Shown: one piece after another, positions 1-8,515 of the stretch
How positions within the stretch are numbered: position 1 is the first letter of the stretch
Layout: every line of letters starts with the position of its first letter
Origin: Deinococcaceae bacterium
GTDB taxonomy: Bacteria; Deinococcota; Deinococci; Deinococcales; Trueperaceae
Direction: 5' to 3'
NCBI GenBank assembly: GCA_044508445.1
Contig: JBIQHQ010000003.1
Coordinates: 37,696-101,695 of the forward strand
DNA length: 64,000 nucleotides
Notes under the pieces: generated by a model
Databases searched by the model: none
Seen by the model: only the letters and a program-made list of their open reading frames with translations
What the model was told of the DNA's origin: nothing
Translations under genes and position numbers: made by a program

Positions 1-567
1 CGCCCTCACGACGAGCCCCACGGCGCCCTGGCCGGGGGCGGGCGTGAACGCCTCGACGTCGAGGAGGGCGCTGAGGTGGTCGCGCAGGTCCAGGGCGATG
101 AGCGCCGCGGCCGGCATGACGATCGCGGCCAGCTCGCCCGAGGCGACGAGCGAGAGGCGCTGCTCCGGCGTGCCCGCCAGCAGGCGCGTCTCCACGCCCG
201 GCCGGGCGGCCTTGAGGAAGGCCGCGTCGCGCTCGGAGAACACGCCGACGCTGGCGCCCCGCGGCAGCTCGTCGAGCGAGCCCGAGCCCTTGGCCACGAG
301 CGCGCTGCGCGCCTCGGGCCGCCGGCAGACAGCGGCCAGGGTCACCTCGTCCGGCAGGTGGAGCGGGAGCGTGTCGAGCTGCGCCACGGCGACGTCGATG
401 TTGCCCTTGGCGAGGGCGTCGAGGAGCGGCGACGAGCCCTCGCCGCCCGGCAGCGTGCGGACCGAGACGTGGAGGTCGGGCCACTCCTCGCTCAGCGACT
501 CCATGACGCTGCGGCCGTGGCGTACGGCCAGGGTCCCCTCCCTGTTGCCCAACACGATTCTCGCCAT
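1..567 (-). CDS. hemC: porphobilinogen deaminase (hydroxymethylbilane synthase), N-terminal part; gene runs off the left window edge
   Basis: Not in the ORF track because there is no stop inside the window. My translation of the minus strand from ATG 567-565 gives MARIVLGNREGTLAVRHGRSVMESL...LAKGNIDVAVAQLDTLPLHLPDEVTLAAVCRRPEARSALV...FTPAPGQGAVGLVV. This fits the HemC family pattern. Confidence 0.8.
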   Translation of the reverse strand, partial: MARIVLGNREGTLAVRHGRSVMESLSEEWPDLHVSVRTLPGGEGSSPLLDALAKGNIDVAVAQLDTLPLHLPDEVTLAAVCRRPEARSALVAKGSGSLDELPRGASVGVFSERDAAFLKAARPGVETRLLAGTPEQRLSLVASGELAAIVMPAAALIALDLRDHLSALLDVEAFTPAPGQGAVGLVVRA

Positions 568-573
568 GGGCCA

Positions 574-579
574 AGTCTA
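574..579 (-). promoter_or_regulatory. -10-like hexamer TAGACT, 6 nt upstream of the hemC ATG (leaderless-type)
   Basis: The minus strand reads gTTAGACTtggccc-ATG, with no SD. Confidence 0.5.
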
Positions 580-635
580 ACCGAAGCGTCCCCGGGCCAT
601 TACCCAGGAACCCCGTCCTGAGCGAACTCTTCTCC

Positions 636-1811
<1,176 letters not shown>

Positions 1812-1888
1812 GTGGGCACCGGCCGCCGCCGATCGTGGCCGGGCGGCCCGGGCCAGGATAACAGCCGGCCGCCGCCTATACTCGCGGG

Positions 1889-2419
1889 GTGGCCGCGCCC
1901 GGGCTCGAGGTGAGGAACGCCCGCGCGTCCGACGCGTCCGGCGTGACCAGGCTCCTCGAGGGCATCTACTCGGAGCGGAGCTACTTCGTCGGCGACGCGC
2001 CGGCGGCGGCCTCGTCGCTGGCGGCACGCATCGCCGCGGACGACCCGGCGCAGTCGCTCTACCTCGTGGCCCTCTGCGACCGCCAGCTGGCCGGCTGGCT
2101 GGAGCTGCACCGCTCCTCGGCCTGGCGGCTGCAACACGTGGCCGTGCTCACCCTGGCCGTGGCGCCGGCGTACCGCCGGCGCGGCGTGGGCAGGAGCCTC
2201 ATGCGGCGCTCCTACGACTGGTGCCGCCGCGTGGGCGTGCTGAAGGTGAGCCTCAACGTGCGCGCCGGCAACGCCGCGGCCATCGCGCTCTACGAGTCCG
2301 AGGGCTTCGAGGTGGAGGGCCGCGAGCGCGGCCAGGTGCGCCTGCGCCCGGGGCGGGACGAGTTCGAGGACAACGTGATCATGGCGCGCTGGCTGGCGGA
2401 CGAGCCGCCGGGCGGCTAA
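1889..2419 (+). CDS. GNAT family N-acetyltransferase (RimI-like)
   Basis: 176-aa ORF with a GNAT core ([15 protein letters not shown] ... [13 protein letters not shown]). GTG start lies 6 nt after TATACT. Confidence 0.8.
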   Translation: MAAPGLEVRNARASDASGVTRLLEGIYSERSYFVGDAPAAASSLAARIAADDPAQSLYLVALCDRQLAGWLELHRSSAWRLQHVAVLTLAVAPAYRRRGVGRSLMRRSYDWCRRVGVLKVSLNVRAGNAAAIALYESEGFEVEGRERGQVRLRPGRDEFEDNVIMARWLADEPPGG

Positions 2420-2503
2420 CCGCGGCCCGCCGCGGCGACCGGCGGCACGCCGCGCGGCCGGCTCGGGCCCGCGTCGGGCGTCGGAGGCGCGGCCCGGGGC
2501 GGG

Positions 2504-2509
2504 TAGACT
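2504..2509 (+). promoter_or_regulatory. -10-like hexamer TAGACT, 7 nt upstream of GTG 2517
   Basis: gggTAGACTggccgccGTG, with no SD. Confidence 0.5.
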
Positions 2510-2516
2510 GGCCGCC

Positions 2517-3053
2517 GTGAGCGGCGAGCCGGCCGGCGCCTTCGAGTGGAGCGAGCAGCGCGTCGCCCTCTTCGTGGACACCCAGAACCTCTTCTTCGCA
2601 GCCCGCGACCTGAGCCGCGCGGCCGTGGACTACGCCAGGCTCCTCGAGGTGGCCGGCCGGGGGCGGCGCCTGGCGCAGGCCACCGCCTACGTGGTCGAGC
2701 GCGAGGGCGACACGTCGAACCACGGCTTCGTGGCCAAGCTCACGGCCCTCGGCTACCGCGTCAGGCGGCTGAAGGTGCGCGTGCGCGTGGGGGAGGAGGA
2801 CAGGCCGGTGCTGGAGGGCGACTGGGACCTCGGCATCGCCGTGGACGTCGTGAGGACCCTCGGCAGTTGCGACGTCGTGGCGCTGGCCACCGGCGACGCC
2901 GACTTCACGCCGCTGGTGGAGCTGGCCCAGGAGCGCGGGGCGCGCGTGGAGGTGCTGGCGTTCCGCGACTTCGCCGGCCAGGAGCTGAAGGACGCCTGCG
3001 ACAGGTTCGTCGACCTCACGCAGGTGGAGCGCATCTTCCTGCCCCCGCGCTGA
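2517..3053 (+). CDS. NYN/LabA-like (PIN-like) domain protein
   Basis: VALFVDTQNLFF ... GDWDLGIAVD ... ATGDADFTPLVE is the NYN/LabA signature. GTG start lies 7 nt after TAGACT. Confidence 0.8.
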   Translation: MSGEPAGAFEWSEQRVALFVDTQNLFFAARDLSRAAVDYARLLEVAGRGRRLAQATAYVVEREGDTSNHGFVAKLTALGYRVRRLKVRVRVGEEDRPVLEGDWDLGIAVDVVRTLGSCDVVALATGDADFTPLVELAQERGARVEVLAFRDFAGQELKDACDRFVDLTQVERIFLPPR

Positions 3054-3097
3054 GCGGCGCCCGGGTCGTGGCGAGCGGAGGGCGGGCCGTCCCGCGT

Positions 3098-3154
3098 CTC
3101 AGGTCGTAGCGACGGGCCCTGGTGTGTCCGGGCTCAGGTCGTGGCCACGGGCTC
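3098..3154. repeat. imperfect 22-nt direct repeat duplicating the 3' terminus (including the stop) of rfbF
   Basis: ctcaggtcgtagcgacgggccc (3098-3119) versus ctcaggtcgtggccacgggctc (3133-3154): 19/22 identical with a 35-nt period. Both encode PVATT-stop on the minus strand. Confidence 0.7.
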
Positions 3155-3937
3155 GGGCGACGCCGCCTCCCACACCTTCCACGGCGCGTGGCCGGAGGCC
3201 CACAGCTCCTCGAGCATCTGCTTCTCCTTGAGCGTGTCCATGCACGACCAGAAGCCGTAGTGGCGGTAGCCCATGAGCTGGCCGTCGCGCACGAGGCGGT
3301 CGACGGGCTCGCGCTCCCACACGCTGGCGTCGCCGTCTATGTAGTCGATGGCCTGCGGCTCGAGGACGAAGAAGCCGCCGTTGATCCAGCCCTCGCCCTC
3401 CTCCGGCTTCTCGTGGAAGTTCTCGACCCTGTCGCCCTCGAAGGTGAGGTTGCCGAAGCGCGCCGGCGGACGCACCGTGGTGACGGTGGCCAGGCGCCCG
3501 TGCGAGCGGTGGAACGCCGCCAGGCGCCGCAGGTCGATGTCGGCCACGCCGTCGCCGTAGGTGAAGTAGAAGGCCTCGCCGGGCGTGAGCCACGGCTCGA
3601 GCCGCTTGAGGCGGCCGCCGGTCATCGTGTTCAGGCCGGTGTCGATGAGGTGGACCTTCCAGTCGGGTTGGTTGCCGTCGTGGATCGTCGTCGCCCCGGT
3701 CGCCAGGTCCACCGTGATGTCGTTGTTGATGGCGTAGAAGTTCAGGAAGTAGTCCTTGATGACCTCGCCCTTGTAGCCCAGGGCGATCACGAACTCGTTC
3801 ACTCCGCCGGCCTCGAAGATCTTCATGATGTGCCAGAGGATCGGGCGTCCCCCCACCTCGACCATGGGCTTGGGCCTCACCGTCGTCTCTTCAGCGAGCC
3901 GGGTCCCGAAGCCCCCGGCGAGGATCACTGCCTTCAC
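3134..3937 (-). CDS. rfbF: glucose-1-phosphate cytidylyltransferase
   Basis: VKAVILAGGFGTRLAEETTVRPKPMVEVGGRPILWHIMK... is typical of RfbF/DdhA. GTG 3937-3935 is preceded by GGAGGTGAGG and overlaps the upstream stop (GTGA). The track ORF 3134..4165 over-extends 5'. Confidence 0.9.
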   Translation of the reverse strand: MKAVILAGGFGTRLAEETTVRPKPMVEVGGRPILWHIMKIFEAGGVNEFVIALGYKGEVIKDYFLNFYAINNDITVDLATGATTIHDGNQPDWKVHLIDTGLNTMTGGRLKRLEPWLTPGEAFYFTYGDGVADIDLRRLAAFHRSHGRLATVTTVRPPARFGNLTFEGDRVENFHEKPEEGEGWINGGFFVLEPQAIDYIDGDASVWEREPVDRLVRDGQLMGYRHYGFWSCMDTLKEKQMLEELWASGHAPWKVWEAASPEPVATT

Positions 3938-5274
3938 GTCCTCACCTCCGTCGGCGCTCCGCCGCGCGTCAGCTCCTCGCCCCCGGGCGGCCCGAAGAGG
4001 CGCGCCTGGCGCGCGCGCAGCTCGTCCACGAGCCGCCCCTGCGGCAGCTCGACGTCGCGGTAGGAGATGACCTGGTCCCGCGGGACGTCGCGCCTCAGCC
4101 GGCAGCCCTCGGCCACGCCCATGGGCAGCAGCGCGAGCCTGGCGGTCTCGGCCGCCGTCTCGCACTGGCCGTAGGTCATGTACTCGCCCAGCCCGTCGAG
4201 GACCTCGCCAGCCCGCAGGTCGCGCTTCGCCGTCGCCACCACCTCCACGCGCATCGGCCCTCGGGGCGCCAGGGCGGCGTCGCCGAACAGCACGGCGCGG
4301 GCCAGCGACGTGGGCACCTCGAAGTGGCAGAGGTGATAGGGCGTGTAGAAGCTGTAGAGCGGCCCCGGGCCCAGCTTGTAGAGCTCGAGGTAGTGGCGCT
4401 GCTTGGGGTCGTCCTCCGCTGCGAAGACGAAGACGCCCGGTCCCGGGCTGGCGCCCACGAGGTAGTCCACGACGCCGCCCAGCTCCCTGAGCCTGTCGAC
4501 GTCGTAGTAGCGCACCGCGGAGTCGACGTGCTCGCGGTGCTCACGGCCCGTCATCCCGCGCCTCTCGATCGTGAAGCCGAAGGCGTTGGCCACGTTCGCC
4601 TGCTCGAAGCTGATCTTCGTGCCGTCGGCGAAGCTCGTGACCATGCTCGGCCGCTGACCCCAGCGCTCGGCGAAGGACCTCTGGGTCGTGGGGTTGCGGT
4701 AGGGGTCCTGGAGGCCCTTGACGTTCCCCGCCACGAGCGGCGTGAGACCTATGCCCTTCACGAAGCGGACGAGGTTGCCCTGCACGCCGGGCTGGTCGCC
4801 GTCGGAGACGGAGTAGACGACGCCGGCCTCGTCGGCCATGGCCTTGAGGACGGGCCCCACGGTGCCGTCGAGCTCGGCGTTCAGGAGCACCACGTGCTTG
4901 CCGGCGCCGATCGCCGCGACCACGGCGTGCGCCCCGTACTCGACGGCGCCCGTGGCCTCGAGCACGACGTCGACGCCGTCGGCGCGGGCCAGCAGCAGCG
5001 GGTCGTCGGTCACGACGGGCCTGCCCGCCTCGAGCGCCCCGGCCACGTCGGCGTCCGTGGAGGCCCGGGCCACCTCGGTCACCCCGGCGTAGGCGTAGGC
5101 CTCCTCGGCGTGCCCCGGCGTGCGGTTCGCGATGCCCACCAGGCGCATGCCGGGCGTGCGGTTCACGATCTGGTTCGCCACGCCCCGGCCCATGAAGCCG
5201 GCGCCCACCATCGCCACGCGCACGGGCCGGCCCTCCTCCTCGCGGCGCCTCAGCGCGTCGTCGACGATGATCAC
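3934..5274 (-). CDS. NAD(P)-binding oxidoreductase with C-terminal SAF-like domain (COG4091-type); substrate unknown
   Basis: N-terminal Rossmann motif VRVAMVGAGFMGRG. Overall resemblance, from memory, to 'predicted homoserine dehydrogenase with SAF domain' proteins. Start set at GTG 5274-5272, which overlaps the upstream stop (GTGA). Confidence 0.65.
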   Translation of the reverse strand: MIIVDDALRRREEEGRPVRVAMVGAGFMGRGVANQIVNRTPGMRLVGIANRTPGHAEEAYAYAGVTEVARASTDADVAGALEAGRPVVTDDPLLLARADGVDVVLEATGAVEYGAHAVVAAIGAGKHVVLLNAELDGTVGPVLKAMADEAGVVYSVSDGDQPGVQGNLVRFVKGIGLTPLVAGNVKGLQDPYRNPTTQRSFAERWGQRPSMVTSFADGTKISFEQANVANAFGFTIERRGMTGREHREHVDSAVRYYDVDRLRELGGVVDYLVGASPGPGVFVFAAEDDPKQRHYLELYKLGPGPLYSFYTPYHLCHFEVPTSLARAVLFGDAALAPRGPMRVEVVATAKRDLRAGEVLDGLGEYMTYGQCETAAETARLALLPMGVAEGCRLRRDVPRDQVISYRDVELPQGRLVDELRARQARLFGPPGGEELTRGGAPTEVRT

Positions 5275-5819
5275 GACACGGCCTCCGGCGCCGGCTCGAA
5301 GGGTGGCCAGGCCTCGTCCTTCGCCGAGATCACGGCCACCTCGCGGGGCCACGCGATGCCGAGGGCGGGGTCGTCGTAGCGGATGCCGCGCTCGGCGCCT
5401 GGGGTGTAGAACTCGCCCACCTGGTACACGACCTCGGCGCCGTCCACGAGCGTGAGGTAGCCGTGCGCGAACATCTCGGGCACGTAGAGCGCCAGCCTGT
5501 TCTCGGCCGTGAGGTCCACGCCGAAGTGCCGCAGGTAGGTGGGCGAGCCCGGCCGCAGGTCGACGATCACGTCGTGGACGGCGCCCGACGTGCAGCGCAC
5601 GAGCTTCGTCTCGGCCGCCGGCGGGAGCTGGTAGTGCATCCCGCGCATCGTGCCGGCCCTGTGGTTGTACGAGAGGTTCGCCTGCACGACCACGGGCTTG
5701 AGGCCCTGCGCGGCGAACTCGTCGGCGCAGTAGGTGCGGGCGAAGAAGCCGCGGTGGTCCTCGCGCCGCTCGAGCTCCACGACGTAGGCCCCCGCGAGGC
5801 CCGTCTCCCTGAAGATCAC
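5271..5819 (-). CDS. dTDP-4-dehydrorhamnose 3,5-epimerase family (RfbC-like cupin) sugar-nucleotide epimerase
   Basis: 182 aa with HRGFFARTY ... MRGMHYQ ... KLVRCTSGAVHDVIVDLR ... YVPEMFAHGY. GTG 5819-5817 overlaps the upstream stop (GTGA). The 5' part of the track ORF is Arg/Ala-rich junk. Confidence 0.85.
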   Translation of the reverse strand: MIFRETGLAGAYVVELERREDHRGFFARTYCADEFAAQGLKPVVVQANLSYNHRAGTMRGMHYQLPPAAETKLVRCTSGAVHDVIVDLRPGSPTYLRHFGVDLTAENRLALYVPEMFAHGYLTLVDGAEVVYQVGEFYTPGAERGIRYDDPALGIAWPREVAVISAKDEAWPPFEPAPEAVS

Positions 5820-6916
5820 GCGCCCGCCTCCAGCGCCTCGGCCGGCATGGGCGGCTGGCCGGCCGCCGACGCCGCGTCCACGGGCGTGCGCGCGTCCAGC
5901 CAGTAGAAGCGGTCGTCGATCTGGCCGGTGGCGAGGAGGTGCTTGAGCATCTTCAGCCTGGTGTAGAGGCGCGACTCGAACTGCTCGCGCGTGAGGGCTA
6001 TGCGCTCGAACACGGCCCGCAGCTCCTCGGCGCCCTGGCGGGCGTCCCAGTCGCAGGAGAAGCCGGGCAGCTCCGCCGCGATCTTGTCGAAGCGCACGCG
6101 GTAGCTCCTGTTGTCCGAGCCGCGGTCGCCGAACGAGAGCCGGCAGCCGGGGAAGACGTCGGCGACGACCTCGGCGATCTCCCTCACGCGGTAGTTGTGC
6201 CGCGTGTCCCCGACGTTGAAGACCTGGGCGTGCACGGCCTCGCGCGGCGCCTCCAGCGCGCAGGCCACGGCCTTGGCGATGTCGCGTCCGTGCACCAGCG
6301 GGCGCCACGGCGTGCCGTCGGAGACCATGCGGATCTCGCCCGTGGTGTGCGCGTAGCCGGCGAGGTTGTTGAGGACGATGTCGAAGCGCATGCGCGGGCT
6401 GGCGCCGTAGGCCGTGGCGTTGCGCAGGAACGTGGGCGAGAAGCCGTCGTCGGCCATCCGCGTGAGGTCGCGCTCGACGAGGACCTTGCACTGGGCGTAG
6501 GCGGTCTGCGGGTTCACGGGCGAGGTCTCGTCGACGAAGTCCTCCTCGGCCACGCCGTAGACGCTGCACGACGACATGTACACGAAGCGGGTCACGCCCG
6601 CCTGCTTGGCGAGGCGCGCCAGGTTCACGGACCCCTCGTGGTTGATCTCGTAGGTGATGTCCGGCACCAGCTCGCCCGTGGGGTCGTTCGACAGCTCGGC
6701 CATGTGCACGACGGCGTCGTAGCCGCGCAGGTCCTGGACGGTGAGCCGCCTCAGGTCCTCGACCTTCGTGTGCGGCGTGACGGCAGGCCCGTGGTAGAGC
6801 CAGCCCTCCTTGTAGAAGCCGGTGTCGACGCCCGTGACCTCGTGGCCGCGCCGCATCAGCTCCGGCGCGACTATCGTGCCGAGGTAGCCCTCGGTGCCGG
6901 TCACCAGAACTCGCAT
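5816..6916 (-). CDS. NAD-dependent epimerase/dehydratase (extended SDR)
   Basis: RVLVTGTEGYLG (GxxGxxG) and YAQCK (YxxxK). ATG 6916 follows GAGAGGTGAAGG; alternative GTG at 6925. Confidence 0.8.
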   Translation of the reverse strand: MRVLVTGTEGYLGTIVAPELMRRGHEVTGVDTGFYKEGWLYHGPAVTPHTKVEDLRRLTVQDLRGYDAVVHMAELSNDPTGELVPDITYEINHEGSVNLARLAKQAGVTRFVYMSSCSVYGVAEEDFVDETSPVNPQTAYAQCKVLVERDLTRMADDGFSPTFLRNATAYGASPRMRFDIVLNNLAGYAHTTGEIRMVSDGTPWRPLVHGRDIAKAVACALEAPREAVHAQVFNVGDTRHNYRVREIAEVVADVFPGCRLSFGDRGSDNRSYRVRFDKIAAELPGFSCDWDARQGAEELRAVFERIALTREQFESRLYTRLKMLKHLLATGQIDDRFYWLDARTPVDAASAAGQPPMPAEALEAGA

Positions 6917-6952
6917 CACCTTCACCTCTCGTCCCCGACCGCCCTCCGGCCG

Positions 6953-8365
6953 CTAGGCGCCGCCGAGGACCGCGTCGGTCGTCTCCAGGTAGTCGAACAG
7001 CGCCCGCACGTACCGCTGCCAGGCCCTCTCCGCCGCGTCCTCGGCCCGCCTGGCGTCGGCCGCGGCCCTGTCGGCGTCCCGCCCGGCGGCGGACGCCGCC
7101 GCGAGCGCCCGGGCCGCGTCGTCGCGCGCCACCAGGAGCAGGTGCAGCTCCTCGTAGGCGAGCTCGAGCAGCGCCAGGGCCTCCCGCTCGCGGGCGGGCT
7201 GCGCGGCCTCGAACCCGGCCTGCGCCCTCCGCGCGAGCTCCAGTTCGGCCAAGACCAGCGTCGAACGGTTCGATGAGGCGTTGCTGAACACCAGGCTGGC
7301 GCTCACCCCGAAGCGCAGGGCGTGCGCGTCGTCGCCGCTGCGCCAGCCGAGCTGAGCGTCCGCCGTCGGCACGCCGCGCCGCAGGCCCAGCTCGGCGCCC
7401 ACGAGGAAGCCGTCCCGGCGGTAGGAGGCCGTGACCTCCACCTCCGTGAGGTCTTGGAAGGGCAGGTCGCGCACGGCCAGCTCGGCCCGCTGCGTGGCGA
7501 TGGCCAGGGCGGCGGCCTCGCGGTGCGGCGAGGCGCGCTCGAGGCCTGGCGGCACCGGGCCGAGGAGGTAGGCGTCGGCGTCAGGGGCCGCTCCCGCCGC
7601 GCCGATCGCGGCGAGGACCGCGTCGCGCGGCCGGTACGACAGCCTCAGGCGCTCGACCGCCACGGACGCCAGCCCGGCCTCCACCTCGAGCGCCGACAGC
7701 TCGTCAGGGGAGGCGCCGGCCGCTCGGGCCGCCTCTAGTGCCGCCTGCGCCGCCGCCGCCTCCTCCTCGGCGTCGGCCAGCTCCCTGGCCGCCAGGCGCT
7801 CCCGGGAGAGCTCGAGCAGGCCGTCTCGCAGGTCGGCGCGGCGCTGGGCACGGTAGCGGCCCTCCGCCGCGGCCTGCGCCGCCAGCGCCCTCAGCAGGCG
7901 GTCCTCGTCGCGCTCGGCCCCCAGCGCCAGCTCCACCTCGAGCCCCGTGTCCCAGCCGGCGTCACCGTCCCGCAGGTCGAGCTCGTACTCCGCCTCGGGC
8001 GACGCCTCCAGCGCCACCGACGGGTCCCAACGCGCCCGCTCGACCTCGTCGGCGGCGGACGCGGCCTGCGAGAGGCGCAGCGCCGCCTCGCCGCTGACCA
8101 GCGTGGCCAGCAGCGCCAGGTCCTCCCTGAGCGGGTCGGCCGACGGCGGCAGCGGCCCCAGGCCCGAGGCGGGCGAGCGCGCCGCGGCCGGCGCCAGCGT
8201 CAGGGCCAGGGCCAGGGCCGAGCCCACGGACGCGAGGCGCGACCGCGCGGCGCGGCGGCCGCGCCTGTCGAAGGCGACGGGTCCCCCCACGGACCGCCCG
8301 CCCGCCACGGGGACCGGCCCGCGGCGCCCTACCCCAGGGGCGCCCGGTCTGGCAGCTTTCGGCAC
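6953..8365 (-). CDS. TolC-like outer-membrane protein (OEP-family-like), secreted
   Basis: 470 aa with a signal-like segment LASVGSALALALTLAPAAA, then a long Ala/Leu/Glu/Arg-rich helical repeat architecture with beta segments (VEVTASYRRDGFLVGAELGL, ALRFGVSASLVF). Family assignment is by resemblance only. Confidence 0.45.
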   Translation of the reverse strand: MPKAARPGAPGVGRRGPVPVAGGRSVGGPVAFDRRGRRAARSRLASVGSALALALTLAPAAARSPASGLGPLPPSADPLREDLALLATLVSGEAALRLSQAASAADEVERARWDPSVALEASPEAEYELDLRDGDAGWDTGLEVELALGAERDEDRLLRALAAQAAAEGRYRAQRRADLRDGLLELSRERLAARELADAEEEAAAAQAALEAARAAGASPDELSALEVEAGLASVAVERLRLSYRPRDAVLAAIGAAGAAPDADAYLLGPVPPGLERASPHREAAALAIATQRAELAVRDLPFQDLTEVEVTASYRRDGFLVGAELGLRRGVPTADAQLGWRSGDDAHALRFGVSASLVFSNASSNRSTLVLAELELARRAQAGFEAAQPAREREALALLELAYEELHLLLVARDDAARALAAASAAGRDADRAAADARRAEDAAERAWQRYVRALFDYLETTDAVLGGA

Positions 8366-8448
8366 GCGGTCAGAGTAGCGCCGCGTCCCCCCGGACCCGC
8401 CCGCCGCGTCACAGCGGCCGCGGCGCCGGGAAGGGGCTGTGAGGCGGG

Positions 8449-8462
8449 CTGAGAGCTCTCAG
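8449..8462. promoter_or_regulatory. perfect 14-bp palindrome CTGAGAGCTCTCAG in the divergent TolC-like/wzc-like intergenic region (candidate operator)
   Basis: Read directly from the sequence. It lies 12 nt upstream of a TACAGT -10-like hexamer (8474-8479), which precedes the SD-bearing leader of the 8516 gene. Confidence 0.5.
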
Positions 8463-8515
8463 GAAGCGTCTGCTACAGTCCGTTCTGGCCGAACCCTCGG
8501 CCCGAGAGAGGTCAG

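Noticed and set aside
1812-1888. SAM riboswitch in the metK leader. The leader is about 60 nt, unlike neighbouring leaderless genes, and the 12-nt direct repeat CCGGCCGCCGCC occurs at 1819-1830 and 1865-1876.
   Set aside because: I could not recognise SAM-I, SAM-IV or SAM-II core motifs, and the region is too short for SAM-I. The repeat is low-complexity GC sequence. A covariance-model scan (Rfam) would be the decisive test.
1889-3053. GNAT acetyltransferase plus PIN-like NYN protein as a toxin-antitoxin pair.
   Set aside because: The genes are 97 nt apart, each with its own -10-like element. There is no small RHH/DUF1778-type antitoxin, and the GNAT looks RimI-like. The architecture does not match known GNAT-type TA modules.
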